From assembly GCA_040753155.1 (NCBI GenBank), contig JBFMEU010000006.1, positions 1 through 60,233 on the forward strand: a stretch of DNA of 60,233 nucleotides, in the 5' to 3' direction. Shown here piece by piece: positions 27,911-38,504 of this stretch. The position numbers and the translations under genes were made by a program. Below the pieces are notes generated by a model. The model saw only the letters and a program-made list of their open reading frames with translations. It searched no databases and was not told the DNA's origin. The stretch comes from Bacillota bacterium (lineage in GTDB: Bacteria; Bacillota; Desulfotomaculia; Desulfotomaculales; JBFMEU01). Every line of letters begins with the position of its first letter. Positions within the stretch are counted from its first letter, which is position 1.

Positions 27911-28696
27911 ATGCCCAGGCGCCCCAGGATATATAGTAAGACAGGTATTTACCATGTAATTGTAAGGGGTAATGAAAAAAGGAAGATTTTTTTAGATGAC
28001 GAGGATAGGAATAAATATTTTTATTATTTAATAGAAACAAAAAAAGTGCAAGAATATACCCTTTATGGATATTGTCTTATGGACAATCACATTCATCTTC
28101 TTCTATATACTAAGAACAATGATATATCCGGTCTAATGAAGAGGATTAATACTCGGTATGCAGTTTATTTTAACAAAAAGTATGACCGAGTTGGCCATTT
28201 GTTTCAGGATCGTTACAAAAGTGAGGCAGTGGAAGATGAAAGATATTTATTGGCAGTATTGCGCTATATACATGACAACCCGGTTAAAGCCGGCCTTTCA
28301 GAACACCCGTCAAATTATAACTGGAACAGTTATAATGCCTATATCCTTGAAAAGAGCAGATTCCGAGAACTGCTTTCAATAGAACCAATACTTAATATAT
28401 TTTCTAAAGACTTAAATAAAGCAATTGATCTCTTTATAGAATTTTCTAGTCAGGATAATATGGAGAATACTTTTGATAGTGAGGAAAACAAAGCTCAAAG
28501 GGCACTTGCTAACAAGCAGAATGCAGAAGAATTTATCATGAGATTTTTAAAGCTGCATAATGTGTCATGTCACAATCAGGACAGTAATAAACTAAGGGAA
28601 TTGATAATTATACTTAAAAACAGGTATCTCTTGTCTAACCGTCAGATAGCTGGCTTGTTAAATGTTGACCGTAATTTTGTACAACGGACAAAATGA
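27911..28696 (+). CDS. RAYT-like HUH (Y1) tyrosine transposase with C-terminal HTH
   Basis: MPRRPR..YHVIVRGN, YCLMDNHIHLL (HUH), GHLFQDRYKS, YIHDNPVKAG; visibly AT-rich compared with neighbours. Confidence 0.88.
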   Translation: MPRRPRIYSKTGIYHVIVRGNEKRKIFLDDEDRNKYFYYLIETKKVQEYTLYGYCLMDNHIHLLLYTKNNDISGLMKRINTRYAVYFNKKYDRVGHLFQDRYKSEAVEDERYLLAVLRYIHDNPVKAGLSEHPSNYNWNSYNAYILEKSRFRELLSIEPILNIFSKDLNKAIDLFIEFSSQDNMENTFDSEENKAQRALANKQNAEEFIMRFLKLHNVSCHNQDSNKLRELIIILKNRYLLSNRQIAGLLNVDRNFVQRTK

Positions 28697-29382
28697 GTCA
28701 GGCGGGTGTGGACCGGCAGGTGGTCCGAGGCCTGGCTGTCGAGGGTGGCTGATGCTGTTATCTCCCAGTGGGGGGAGGCAAAGATATAGTCGATGCGGTA
28801 CAGGGGAGCATTGGCCGGGAAGGTTGGCCGGGGGGCGCCTGCCGCCGCTGCGGTGTCAATAAAGGTTGGGGTGAGGGGGACAAGCTCGGCGGACCCGGGC
28901 CGGGCGTTGAAGTCGCCAATTAAGAGGACGGGTCCGGGGCAGCGGCCGGCCACCTGTAAAATCTTCACCACCTGCCGGCGGCGGTCTTTGTTGTTAAGTC
29001 CCAGGTGGGTGTTGAATACATATAAGTCCTGGTCCATGACCCGCAGGCGGACCTCCAAAAAGCCGCGCCTCTCACCGGCGCCGGGCAGGCGGTGGTTACG
29101 GTGGCTAAGGATGGGATAGCGGCTGAGCAGCGCGTTGCCGTAACGCCCGAGACATAAACTAATGGTAGGGCCGAACACATGGCGCATCCGCAGCCTTTGG
29201 GCCAGGAGGTTGGCTTGTTTTTGCATCCGGCTGCGGGGTATTAGGTGGTCAACTTCCTGCAGACCCACCAGGTCTGGCCTGGCAGAGGATATGGTCCGGG
29301 CAGTGCGGCCCAGGTCCACCTTCCCGTCCATACCCTTGCCATGCCTGATGTTGTAGGTCAATACCGTAAGCTCCAGCGGCAT
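28642..29382 (-). CDS. Endonuclease/exonuclease/phosphatase family protein
   Basis: TYNI, LQEVD, GNALLSR, NTHL, GDFN, RIDYIF, SDHLPV; 3' end runs into the RAYT gene. Confidence 0.9.
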   Translation of the reverse strand: MPLELTVLTYNIRHGKGMDGKVDLGRTARTISSARPDLVGLQEVDHLIPRSRMQKQANLLAQRLRMRHVFGPTISLCLGRYGNALLSRYPILSHRNHRLPGAGERRGFLEVRLRVMDQDLYVFNTHLGLNNKDRRRQVVKILQVAGRCPGPVLLIGDFNARPGSAELVPLTPTFIDTAAAAGAPRPTFPANAPLYRIDYIFASPHWEITASATLDSQASDHLPVHTRLTHFVRCTKLRSTFNKPAI

Positions 29383-29429
29383 TACGCAACCACCCCCGTA
29401 TTTCCATCCTTAATATTCCGGTCTTTTAT

Positions 29430-29558
29430 CACTGAACTAATCCGCCCTAAGACCCCCGCCTCTGTAGGCGGCGGGTTTCAAAGGGCGGTTAAGTCCAGTA
29501 TGGACTCGGCTAACATTCAGAGGGGGTTGAATCCCCCTCTGAATGAAGTCTCGTTCAA
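29430..29558 (+). mobile_element. Family A element, copy A5 (129 bp)
   Basis: TTAT|CACTG...GTTCAA. Confidence 0.85.
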
Positions 29559-29664
29559 GGCCCGGGCAAAAAATGACAAGCAATGTGCAAAAAATCGCGG
29601 TTTTTTATGGTTATGACGGGCGCTGTGTTATAATACTACCAAAAAAGGTTAGGGGTTCTGGCCG

Positions 29665-30723
29665 TTGAGCATAAAAATACTGGCTATTGAAACATCCTGT
29701 GACGAGACTTCCGCCGCTGTGGTGGCAGATGGTAAAGATATACTTTCCAATATCATATCCTCTCAGGTGGAGGCGCACCAAAAATTCGGCGGGGTGGTGC
29801 CGGAGGTAGCCTCCCGCAAGCACCTGGAGTTAATGAACGGGGTGATCCGGGAGGCCCTGGACAGGGCCGGCTGCGATTTTAAGGATTTAGACGCGGTGGC
29901 CGTTACTTATGGCCCCGGGCTGGTAGGGGCGCTGCTGGTGGGGCTGGCGGCAGCCAAGGCAGCCGCCTTTGCCCTGGATATTCCGTTAATTGGAGTGAAC
30001 CATCTGGAAGGCCATATCTACGCCAACTTTTTGGCGGATGACGGGCTATCCTTTCCCCTGCTGGGCCTGATTGTTTCCGGCGGCCATACGGATCTGGTCC
30101 TGATAGAGGGCCACGGCCGCTACCGGACGGTGGGCCGCACCCGGGATGACGCCGCCGGCGAGGCCTTCGACAAGGTTGCCCGCACCCTGGGCCTGGGCTA
30201 CCCGGGCGGCCCCCTGGTGGATAAACTGGCCGCCGGCGGGGACGAGGCGGCCATCGTTTTGCCCCGGGCTTACCTGGAAGAGGGGAGCCTGGACTTTAGC
30301 TTCAGCGGCCTGAAGTCCGCCGTAATCAACTACCTGCGCCGGGCCCGGCAGCGGGGGGAGGAGGTCAACCTGGCCGATTTGGCCGCCGGCTTCCGCCGTT
30401 CAGTGGTTGATGTGCTGGCGGACAAGGCTCTGGAGGCAGCCGGGAAATATGACCCAAGGGTGATCATACTGGCCGGCGGAGTGGCGGCAAATGCGCTGCT
30501 GCGGGAAGAACTGGCCCGGCGGGCCCTGGCTGACGGCCGGCGGTTAGTAGTGCCCCCGCTGGTATTATGCACTGATAATGCAGCCATGATTGGGTGTGCG
30601 GCCTATTACAAATATTTGCGGGGCGATGTGGCGCCGCTAACCCTGAATGCGGTACCCGGGTTGAAGCTGGGTGAAAACAGGTATGACTATATGTCGAAAA
30701 ATAGTAAATCCGGTCGAATGTGA
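29665..30723 (+). CDS. tsaD: tRNA N6-adenosine threonylcarbamoyltransferase
   Basis: ILAIETSCDET, GGVVPEVASRKH, NHLEGH, VSGGHT, DDAAGEAFDK, TDNAAMI. Confidence 0.97.
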   Translation: MSIKILAIETSCDETSAAVVADGKDILSNIISSQVEAHQKFGGVVPEVASRKHLELMNGVIREALDRAGCDFKDLDAVAVTYGPGLVGALLVGLAAAKAAAFALDIPLIGVNHLEGHIYANFLADDGLSFPLLGLIVSGGHTDLVLIEGHGRYRTVGRTRDDAAGEAFDKVARTLGLGYPGGPLVDKLAAGGDEAAIVLPRAYLEEGSLDFSFSGLKSAVINYLRRARQRGEEVNLADLAAGFRRSVVDVLADKALEAAGKYDPRVIILAGGVAANALLREELARRALADGRRLVVPPLVLCTDNAAMIGCAAYYKYLRGDVAPLTLNAVPGLKLGENRYDYMSKNSKSGRM

Positions 30724-30868
30724 CCGGATCTTTTCGGTTTATAAAAGTATTGGTTGAGTTAGAGTAGAAGATAGAATTCGCAAGTTTAGAAGATGCAGAT
30801 AAAATGCGCCCTCTGCGCCAGGAAAAATATTAATCGCCAGGAAAATACAGGAACAGCTAAAGTTGAAT

Positions 30869-30943
30869 TGTGGATTTTTACCTGTGGATAATGTGGATAA
30901 GTCTGTTAATAACTTATATCACCGGATTCCAACCTGTGGGTGA
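30869..30943 (-). promoter_or_regulatory. DnaA-box cluster
   Basis: Two perfect abutting TGTGGATAA (30883-30900; TTATCCACA on minus strand) plus near matches at 30869, 30904 and 30935. Confidence 0.7.
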
Positions 30944-31132
30944 AAGTAAAGGAGTGTTTAATGTCAGAAAATGTCGAAAAATTAATTTTGGAGGCTGCCT
31001 CACGGGGCAATATCCTTCTCCCGGCCTCGGTTTGGCGCCCTGAACATTTGGAAAACATGCGCTTTCCGGAAGGAAAACGGCAATATCCGTGGAATTTTTA
31101 TCAGCAGAATAGTCGTTGAAGGGGAGTTGCCG

Positions 31133-32443
31133 ATGTACTGGGAAAAAGAATTGGAAACCATGCCGCGGGAGAAACTGGCTGAGATACAGCTGCAGCGACT
31201 GCGTCAAACCATTGCCAGGGTTTACAACAACGTGCCCTATTACCGGCAGGCCATGGAGCGCCTGGGGGTAAAGCCCGAAGATATAAAGTCCCTGGAGGAT
31301 GTGCAGAAACTGCCTTTCACCACCAAGCAGGATTTGCGGGACAACTACCCCTTCGGGTTGTTTGCGGCGCCCCTGGACGAGGTGGTGCGGGTGCATGCTT
31401 CCTCCGGCACCACCGGTAAGCCGACGGTGGTGGGCTACACCAAAAATGATATTGACACTTGGGCCGGTCTGATGGCCCGGTCCCTGGCCATGGCCGGGGG
31501 CGGACGAGGTGACGTGGTTCAGAACGCCTACGGCTACGGCCTGTTCACCGGGGGCATGGGGGTTCACTATGGGGCCGAGCGCCTGGGGGCCACGGTGATA
31601 CCCATTTCCGGCGGCAACACCCAGCGCCAGCTGATGCTGATGCAGGACTTTGGGGCCACCATCCTCACCTGCACCCCGTCCTACGCCCTGTACCTGGCGG
31701 AGGAAATGGCCGCCGCCGGGATCGACATCAAGTCACTGCCCCTGAAGGCGGGCATCTTCGGGGCCGAGCCCTGGACCGAGGCCATGCGGGAGCAGCTGCA
31801 GGAAAAACTGAACCTTACGGCCCTGGACATTTACGGCCTCAGCGAGGTGATGGGTCCCGGGGTTTCCATGGAGTGTAAGGCCCAGACCGGCATGCACATT
31901 TATGAAGATCACTTCCTGGCGGAAATTATCGATCCCGAGACCGGGGCGCAGCTGCCCCCCGGTTCCAGGGGTGAATTGGTGTTCACGTCTCTGACCAAGG
32001 AGGCCTTTCCAGTTATCCGCTACCGCACCAGGGATATTACGGTATTAAACCCCGACCCCTGCAGCTGTGGTCGCACCATGGTGCGCATGGAGCGGGTCAC
32101 CGGGCGCACCGACGACATGCTGATTATCCGGGGCGTCAACGTCTTTCCCTCCCAAATCGAGAGCGTGCTGCTGGAATTTGGCGACACTGAGCCCCATTAC
32201 CTGCTGGTGGTGGACCGCAAGGGCAACCTGGACGTACTGGAAATCTGGGTGGAAATCAGTGACCGGCTGTTTTCCGACAAGATTCGCTACATGGAGGAAC
32301 TGGAGGGCAAGCTCCGGGACAGGATTGGCAGTGTGCTGGGCATAGCCGCCCGGATCAAGCTGGTCGAGCCCCGCACCATTCCCCGCAGTGAGGGCAAGGC
32401 CAAGCGGGTGGTGGACCGGCGGGAACTCTACGGAAAAAACTAA
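31133..32443 (+). CDS. paaK: Phenylacetate-CoA ligase family protein
   Basis: [54 protein letters not shown]. Confidence 0.92.
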   Translation: MYWEKELETMPREKLAEIQLQRLRQTIARVYNNVPYYRQAMERLGVKPEDIKSLEDVQKLPFTTKQDLRDNYPFGLFAAPLDEVVRVHASSGTTGKPTVVGYTKNDIDTWAGLMARSLAMAGGGRGDVVQNAYGYGLFTGGMGVHYGAERLGATVIPISGGNTQRQLMLMQDFGATILTCTPSYALYLAEEMAAAGIDIKSLPLKAGIFGAEPWTEAMREQLQEKLNLTALDIYGLSEVMGPGVSMECKAQTGMHIYEDHFLAEIIDPETGAQLPPGSRGELVFTSLTKEAFPVIRYRTRDITVLNPDPCSCGRTMVRMERVTGRTDDMLIIRGVNVFPSQIESVLLEFGDTEPHYLLVVDRKGNLDVLEIWVEISDRLFSDKIRYMEELEGKLRDRIGSVLGIAARIKLVEPRTIPRSEGKAKRVVDRRELYGKN

Positions 32444-32455
32444 GGGGGGATTATC

Positions 32456-32887
32456 GTGAAGGTTAAACAAATATCAATCTTCCTGGAGAATAAATCCGGG
32501 CGCCTGGCCCAGGTGGCCAGGGTACTGGGGGACAACGGCATCAACATCAGGGCCCTGTCCATTGCCGATACCACCGACTTCGGCATCTTGCGCCTGATTG
32601 TGAACGATCCCGACAAAGCCTTCCAGACGCTCAAGGCGGCGGACTTCACCGTCAGCGCCACCGATGTTATCGCGGTGGAGGTGCCCGACCGTCCCGGCGG
32701 CCTGGCTGACGCCCTGGACGTGCTGCAGGAAAACAACATCAACATCGAGTATCTTTACGCCTTTTTGCAGAAGGCCTCCAAGGCCGCTCTGGTGGTGTTC
32801 CGGGTGGAGCAGCTGGATCAGGCCATTGAGGCGCTGCAGGCCAAAGGAAACCGCCTGCTGTCCGGGGAAGAGCTGTATACATTGTAA
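32456..32887 (+). CDS. Tandem ACT-domain protein (common paaK neighbour)
   Basis: [37 protein letters not shown]. Confidence 0.92.
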   Translation: MKVKQISIFLENKSGRLAQVARVLGDNGINIRALSIADTTDFGILRLIVNDPDKAFQTLKAADFTVSATDVIAVEVPDRPGGLADALDVLQENNINIEYLYAFLQKASKAALVVFRVEQLDQAIEALQAKGNRLLSGEELYTL

Positions 32888-32978
32888 GATGAGGCATGTA
32901 GCTTTGACTTCTTGTTTTTGCTCATCCTTATCCTGCTGTTACTGGGTACCCCGAGATATTGCTCGGAGTAATATCAGC

Positions 32979-33009
32979 AACTGCCCCGGCAAAGGCCGGG
33001 GCAGTTTTT
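32979..33009 (+). terminator. Rho-independent terminator
   Basis: aactgccccggc-aaag-gccggggcagtt followed by ttt. Confidence 0.85.
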
Positions 33010-33011
33010 AT

Positions 33012-33128
33012 CTTCGTATAGCCTGTAAGACCCCGCCCTCGCATAAGGAAAGGGGACACACCTCCTTCGAAGGAATGTCCCCAACGTATGGGTTGAATCC
33101 CCACCTGAACCAAGTCTTCTTTATTCAA
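33012..33128 (+). mobile_element. Family B IS200/IS605-like non-autonomous element
   Basis: TTAT|cttcgtatagcctgTAAGACCCC-hairpin ... gggttgaatcccc ... TTCAA; same end logic as family A. Confidence 0.75.
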
Positions 33129-33241
33129 TCATTGGACAGGGTGTATTGAGACGGCAGGAAAAACACCCTGTTATGCAGAAAAAACACCCTTGATCCAATG
33201 AAATTAATGTTTGTTAAAATCAGAAATTTGGAGGAATTAAG

Positions 33242-33826
33242 GTGTCCAAAAGCGAATTAAGGAAGGATGTCATTAACGCCAGGAACAGGCTTTCCGCCGC
33301 CGAGGTGGCGGAAAAAAGCGCCCGGATCCTGGAGCGGATCAATTCCTTGCGGGAGTACCGGCAAGCAGTGGCGTTGATGGCCTATGTGGACTTCAGGAAC
33401 GAGGTCCCAACCGGAGACCTGATCAGGGGATCACTGGCCCTGGGCAAGCTGGTGGCGGTGCCGGTAACCGATATTGCCAACCGCCGGCTGACCCCTTCCC
33501 GGCTGGAGGACTATCCCGGCGACCTCCTTCCCGGGGCCTGGGGCATCCTTGAGCCGCGGCCGGAGTGCCTGCGCCCCCTGGAGCCCGGCCTCCTGGATTT
33601 GGTGATTGTGCCTGGAGTGGCTTTTGACCCGTTCGGCAACCGGTTGGGCTACGGGGGAGGTTTTTACGACCGCTTTCTGCCCCGCACCCGTCCCGGTACC
33701 ATCTACCTGGCCCCGGCCTTTGAAATGCAAATCAAGGCTGACGTCTACCCGGGGGCGCATGATTGCCCGGTACATATCCTGGTGACCGAGGAACGGGTAA
33801 TCCACACGGGGGTGGCTGTGTACTAA
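33242..33826 (+). CDS. 5-formyltetrahydrofolate cyclo-ligase
   Basis: KSELRK, NEVPT, GILEP, IVPGVAFD, RLGYGGGFYDRFL. Confidence 0.93.
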   Translation: MSKSELRKDVINARNRLSAAEVAEKSARILERINSLREYRQAVALMAYVDFRNEVPTGDLIRGSLALGKLVAVPVTDIANRRLTPSRLEDYPGDLLPGAWGILEPRPECLRPLEPGLLDLVIVPGVAFDPFGNRLGYGGGFYDRFLPRTRPGTIYLAPAFEMQIKADVYPGAHDCPVHILVTEERVIHTGVAVY

Positions 33827-33957
33827 GACATTGGGGTATTTCAAATGAGTTTATATTTAAAACGGGGAGTGGTGATAGCAGGGTAAGGTAAAAAATGTTA
33901 AAACTGCGGCTGTAGAGACAGAAAAACATTTTGAGAGGAGATTCGGTTGGTTAAATT

Positions 33958-34491
33958 ATGAGCAACAGTAAAATAATGGAAGGCAATGTCATCGATAACG
34001 TGGGGATATTTGCCAATATACCTCCGAGTATTCGCATGGCGGATTTTGTAGAGTTCTTCTCGGACTTCACTCAGAGCGAATGCTGCGGCAAATGTATACC
34101 CTGCCGGGAAGGCAGCAGGCGCATACTGGAGATCCTGGAAAAAATAAACGGCAATAATGGTGAGCAAGCAGATCTTGAAAAGCTGGAGCGCTTATCAAGA
34201 GTTATGATTACTACCTCCCTATGCGGTCTGGGCCAGCGTGTTCCCAGCTCTGTCCTCAGCTTGGTGAGTTATTTGCAAGGTGAGTATGATACGCCCATTG
34301 TTTACCCGAAGCTACCGGTTTTCACCATTATGGATGACAAGTGTAAAGGTTGCGGCCTTTGTGCCAAGGTTTGCCCTGCTGCCGCCATCAGTGGTGAGAA
34401 GAAGAAGCCACATACCATTGATGTTGAAAAATGTATCATGTGCGCCAGTTGTATTGAAAAGTGCAAAGTAGGCTCCATTGCTGAGAATTAA
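33958..34491 (+). CDS. NuoF/HydB C-terminal Fe-S module only (cluster N3 motif plus 2x[4Fe-4S])
   Basis: ECCGKCIPCREG, TSLCGLGQ, CKGCGLCAKVCP, CIMCASCIEKC; no FMN/NADH domain. Confidence 0.75.
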   Translation: MSNSKIMEGNVIDNVGIFANIPPSIRMADFVEFFSDFTQSECCGKCIPCREGSRRILEILEKINGNNGEQADLEKLERLSRVMITTSLCGLGQRVPSSVLSLVSYLQGEYDTPIVYPKLPVFTIMDDKCKGCGLCAKVCPAAAISGEKKKPHTIDVEKCIMCASCIEKCKVGSIAEN

Positions 34492-34536
34492 GGCGGCTTA
34501 GAGGTATCCAGAAGACAGCAAGCGAAGCTTTACCCC

Positions 34537-34665
34537 TTGAACGAGACTTCATTCAGAGGGGGATTCAACCCCCTCTGAATGTTAGCCGAGTCCATACTGG
34601 ACTTAACCGCCCTTTGAAACCCGCCGCCTACAGAGGCGGGGGTCTTAGGGCGGATTAGTTCAGTG
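34537..34665 (-). mobile_element. Family A element, copy A6 (129 bp)
   Basis: TTGAACGAG...TTCAGTG|ATAA. Confidence 0.85.
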
Positions 34666-34719
34666 ATAAATACTTAATAATACAGCAACTGATAAGAAAG
34701 CAAAAGGAGGTTTGAAGCA

Positions 34720-37404
34720 TTGGCTGAAGTCACCCTTACTGTTAATGGATTAGCGGTGACCGTGCCCAAGGGCGCCACTATCTTGCAGGCGGCGGAAAAG
34801 CGGGGGTTTTTTATCCCTACCTTCTGTTACGACCCCGAGCTTACCAGGCCGGGTTTATGCCGCATTTGCGTGGTTGAGGTGGAGGGGGCTAAAAACCTTG
34901 CCGCTTCCTGTGCCACCCCGGTCAAGAACGGCATGGTTGTGTATACAGATTCACCGGCGGTCATAGAAGCACGTAAAACTATTATTGAATTATTACTGGC
35001 CAATCACCCTCTGGATTGTCTCACCTGCGGCAGGAACGGAGACTGCCGCCTGCAGGATTATGCCTATATGTACGGCGTAACCGACGGAGCTGCCTTTGCC
35101 GGCGAGCGCGCTTCTTTTGAGATTGAAGAGGATAATCCCTTTATCGTCCGCGATATGAATAAGTGTATTCTTTGCGGTAAGTGCGTAAGGGTGTGCAGTG
35201 AGATCCAGGGCAATAACGTGGTGGACTTTATTAAACGGGGCGTTGATACGACGATTGGGCCGCCTGCGGGTGGTACCCTGGCCGGGTCAGACTGCGTATT
35301 CTGCGGTAATTGCGTGGCTTTTTGCCCTGTGGGCGCCCTGCAGGAAAAGGCGCTGCGCAAGAGCGCCCGGACCTGGGAGGTAAAAAAGGTTAGGACCGTT
35401 TGCCCGTACTGCGGCACCGGCTGCAGCTTTGACCTGAACGTCAAGGACGGTAAGGTTGTGGGAGTCACCTCGTGCGATGGCGAAGTCAATGGCAAAGCAC
35501 TTTGTGTCAAGGGTCGTTTAGGCTTCGGGTTTATTAACCACCCGGACCGGCTGACCAGGCCACTGATTAAAAAGGACGGCCAGTTCGTGGAAGCCTCCTG
35601 GGATGAGGCAGTTGGCTTTGTAGCCGAAAAACTTAGCGCCATCAAGTCCCAGTATGGCCCCGGCGCCTTTGCGGCGCTGAGTTCGGCCCGCTGCACCCAC
35701 GAGGACAATTATATTTTCCAAAAATTTACCCGCGCGGTGATGGGCACCAACAATATCGATCACTGCGCCCGTCTCTGACACGCTCCCACCGTCGCCGGTC
35801 TGGCGGCCACACTGGGGAGCGGGGCAATGACCAACACCGTCAAGGAAATCGGCGCTGCCGACTTCATCCTGGCCATTGGCACCAATACCACTGAAACCCA
35901 CCCGGTTATCGCGCTGCAGGTTAAGCAGGCGCTGAAGCGGGGGGCCACCCTGGCGGTAATTGACCCCAGGCGCACCGGTATTGCCGAAATGGCTAAATAT
36001 CATATGCAGTTAAACTCGGGCACGGATATCGCCGTTTTCAACGGCATGGCCAACGTGATTATTGCCGAGGATTTGTATAACAAGGAATTCGTGGCCAGCC
36101 GCACCGAAAACTTCGATGCGGTGAAAGAGGCTGTGGCTTCCTACACCCCCGAATATGTGGAGACCCTCACCGGCGTGCCCGCCGACTATATCCGGGAGGT
36201 GGCCCGGGGCTACGCCACCACTGATAAGTCCACAGTTATCTATACCATGGGCCTGACCCAGCACAGCAGCGGTACCGACAACGTATTCGCCCTTGCCAAT
36301 CTGGCCCTGCTCTGCGGCCACATTGGCAAGGAATCCTCCGGCCTTAACCCCTTAAGGGGTCAGAACAACGTCCAGGGCGCCTGCGACATGGGTGCTCTGC
36401 CCGTAGTGTTCACCGGCTACCAGCCGGTGGCTTCCGAAGAAGCCCGGGCCAAGTTTGCCGCGGCCTGGAATGTGGAAATACCCGACCAGGCGGGACTTAC
36501 CATTGGTGACATGATGAACGGCGCTGCCGACGGGACTGTCAAGGCCATGTATATCTTGGGTGAAAACCCGGTCCTTTCCGACCCCGACGCCAACCACGTA
36601 GTCCATGCTTTGGGGCATCTTGATTTATTGGTGGTCCAGGATATTTTCCTTACGGAAACTGCTCAACTGGCTGACGTGGTCTTTCCGGCGGCCTGCTTTG
36701 CTGAAAAGGAAGGCGTTTTCGCCAACACCGAGCGCCGGGTGCAGCGGGTGCGCAAAGCGGTGGACCCGCCTGGTGAGGCTAAAGCCGACTGGGAGATTAT
36801 CGCCGCCGTGGCCAACGCCATGGGCTATCCCATGAACTACGGCAGTGCCGCGGAAGTGTTTGACGAAATTGCCTCGTTAACACCTTCTTACGGCGGCCTG
36901 AGTCATGCCAGGCTGGAAAAGGGAGGCCTGCAGTGGCCCTGCCCGACTCCGGACCATCCCGGGACGCCGTTCCTGCACAAGGACAAGTTCGTCCGGGGCC
37001 TGGGCAAGTTTACCCCGGTGCCATTTGCGCCGCCGGCGGAGGTTCCCGACGAGGAATATCCGTTTGTACTCAACACCGGGCGTCGCTACTACCACTACCA
37101 TACCGGAACCATGACCCTGCGCACCAACGCCCTGGAACTACAATTCAGCGACGACTACCTGGAGATTAATCCTGTGGATGCCGAAAGGTTAGGTGTTGTC
37201 GACGGTGACCGGGTGAAGGTAACTTCCCGCCGCGGCTTTATTGAGCTGGCGGCCAAAGTAACCGATGTGGTAACACCGGGACAGGTGTTCACTTCCTTCC
37301 ACTTCCCGAGCATTCCCGTCAACAAACAAACCAATACTGTTCGGTGCCCGATAGCCAGAATACCCGAACTCAAGGTCTGCAGCGTTAAAGTAGAAAATGT
37401 CTAA
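34720..37404 (+). CDS. fdhF: Selenocysteine formate dehydrogenase alpha subunit with N-terminal Fe-S module, 894 aa
   Basis: ORFs 34720 and 35827 are in one frame joined by TGA 35776-35778 in DHCARL-U-HAPT; CPYCGTGC; PLRGQNNVQG; SECIS-like hairpin gtcgccggtctggcggc. Confidence 0.93.
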
Positions 37405-37407
37405 ACC

Positions 37408-37435
37408 AAAGGGCGGCCCTGGCGGGCCGCCCTTT
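37408..37435 (+). terminator. Terminator hairpin
   Basis: aaagggcggccc-tggc-gggccgcccttt. Confidence 0.75.
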
Positions 37436-37523
37436 ATAAATTATAGCAAATCTCATTCGCATTATTCTGTGGAATAAGGGCTATGCTTTGTAAAAATGCT
37501 ACTATTTTTTTGGAGGTTTTAAT

Positions 37524-37994
37524 GTGAACGAAAATAATGAGTATCCTGTCCGGCTCAGGGAAATCAGGGAAACTCCCGTCTGTAGTCTGCGCAGAATTGT
37601 TACAAATTTACAACAGGATTTGCCGCCCATGATCAATTCGTTATTGGAGGACATAACAGCAATGGGCGGTGTGTATGCCGGCCCGCCAATAGTACTTTAT
37701 CACGACGAAGTGTTTAAAACTGAGCAGGCGGATGTGGAGGTAGCCTGGCCGGTATTAAATAAAGACCTGGCTAACAAAAACCTGCCTGCTTTAGTGGCAG
37801 CGACCCTTATGCACGTAGGGCCTTACGATGGTATTGCCAGTTCGTACGATGCTGTTTACGCCTGGATTAATCAAAATGGATACCGGGCCAGGGCGCCCAG
37901 AAGGGAGATAATCTACAACGACCCCCAAAACATACCTCAGGAACAGCTGACCATCGAGATTGTCATACCTGTGGAGAAAGCTTTAATTACTTAA
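37524..37994 (+). CDS. GyrI-like small-molecule-binding domain protein
   Basis: GPP..YH, HVGPYD, Y..WINQNGY, PRREIIYNDP. Confidence 0.85.
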   Translation: MNENNEYPVRLREIRETPVCSLRRIVTNLQQDLPPMINSLLEDITAMGGVYAGPPIVLYHDEVFKTEQADVEVAWPVLNKDLANKNLPALVAATLMHVGPYDGIASSYDAVYAWINQNGYRARAPRREIIYNDPQNIPQEQLTIEIVIPVEKALIT

Positions 37995-38504
37995 ACATCA
38001 GAGCTGAAGATGAGGTGGCTGAAATCAACGTCAGTCGAGCCGGACTAAAATAATAGTATTATCTTCCATGGCCGCCAAAAGGGCGGCTATAATTCTTACC
38101 CAAACATTAACCAAAAACCCTTGAAATTTGACCGCTAGGAATAGTCATTTGTTCTTTACCGGAAAATATATGTTAATAATGTAAACAAACCAATACAATA
38201 AAATAAATTTTTAGTGATTAAAAATTTTACATGCACTCGGACAAAAATGCATTAATAAGTGTTTGGCAATAATTGACTAACTATTTATGTTTAAAACCCA
38301 AAAACCTTAGATGAAAGAAGTCACAAAAACATCCCCTTCAATTGGTTAAATGGGTAGTTTAGTCACTTCTATTTTGCCAAAGCAGGTGGTGTTTTTGATT
38401 TTGGGTAATCGATTTTTGAAAACCTGTTGCTTAGTCACAGGTAATGAGCCGGAAGAAGTTGCCGTTGTTTAAAATATTTTAATTAATAACATGGGAGGAA
38501 AACG

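Noticed and set aside
32890-33241. 6S RNA upstream of 5-formyl-THF cyclo-ligase
   Set aside because: The region is explained by a terminator and a family B element; no 6S-like long hairpin recognised.
35776-35778. Nonsense mutation/pseudogene reading of fdh and mvhD
   Set aside because: The TGA lies at the conserved Sec/Cys position with a downstream hairpin in all three genes.
38160-38235. Rex operator upstream of the nuoE-like gene
   Set aside because: AT-rich near-palindromes do not fit the 18-bp consensus spacing.
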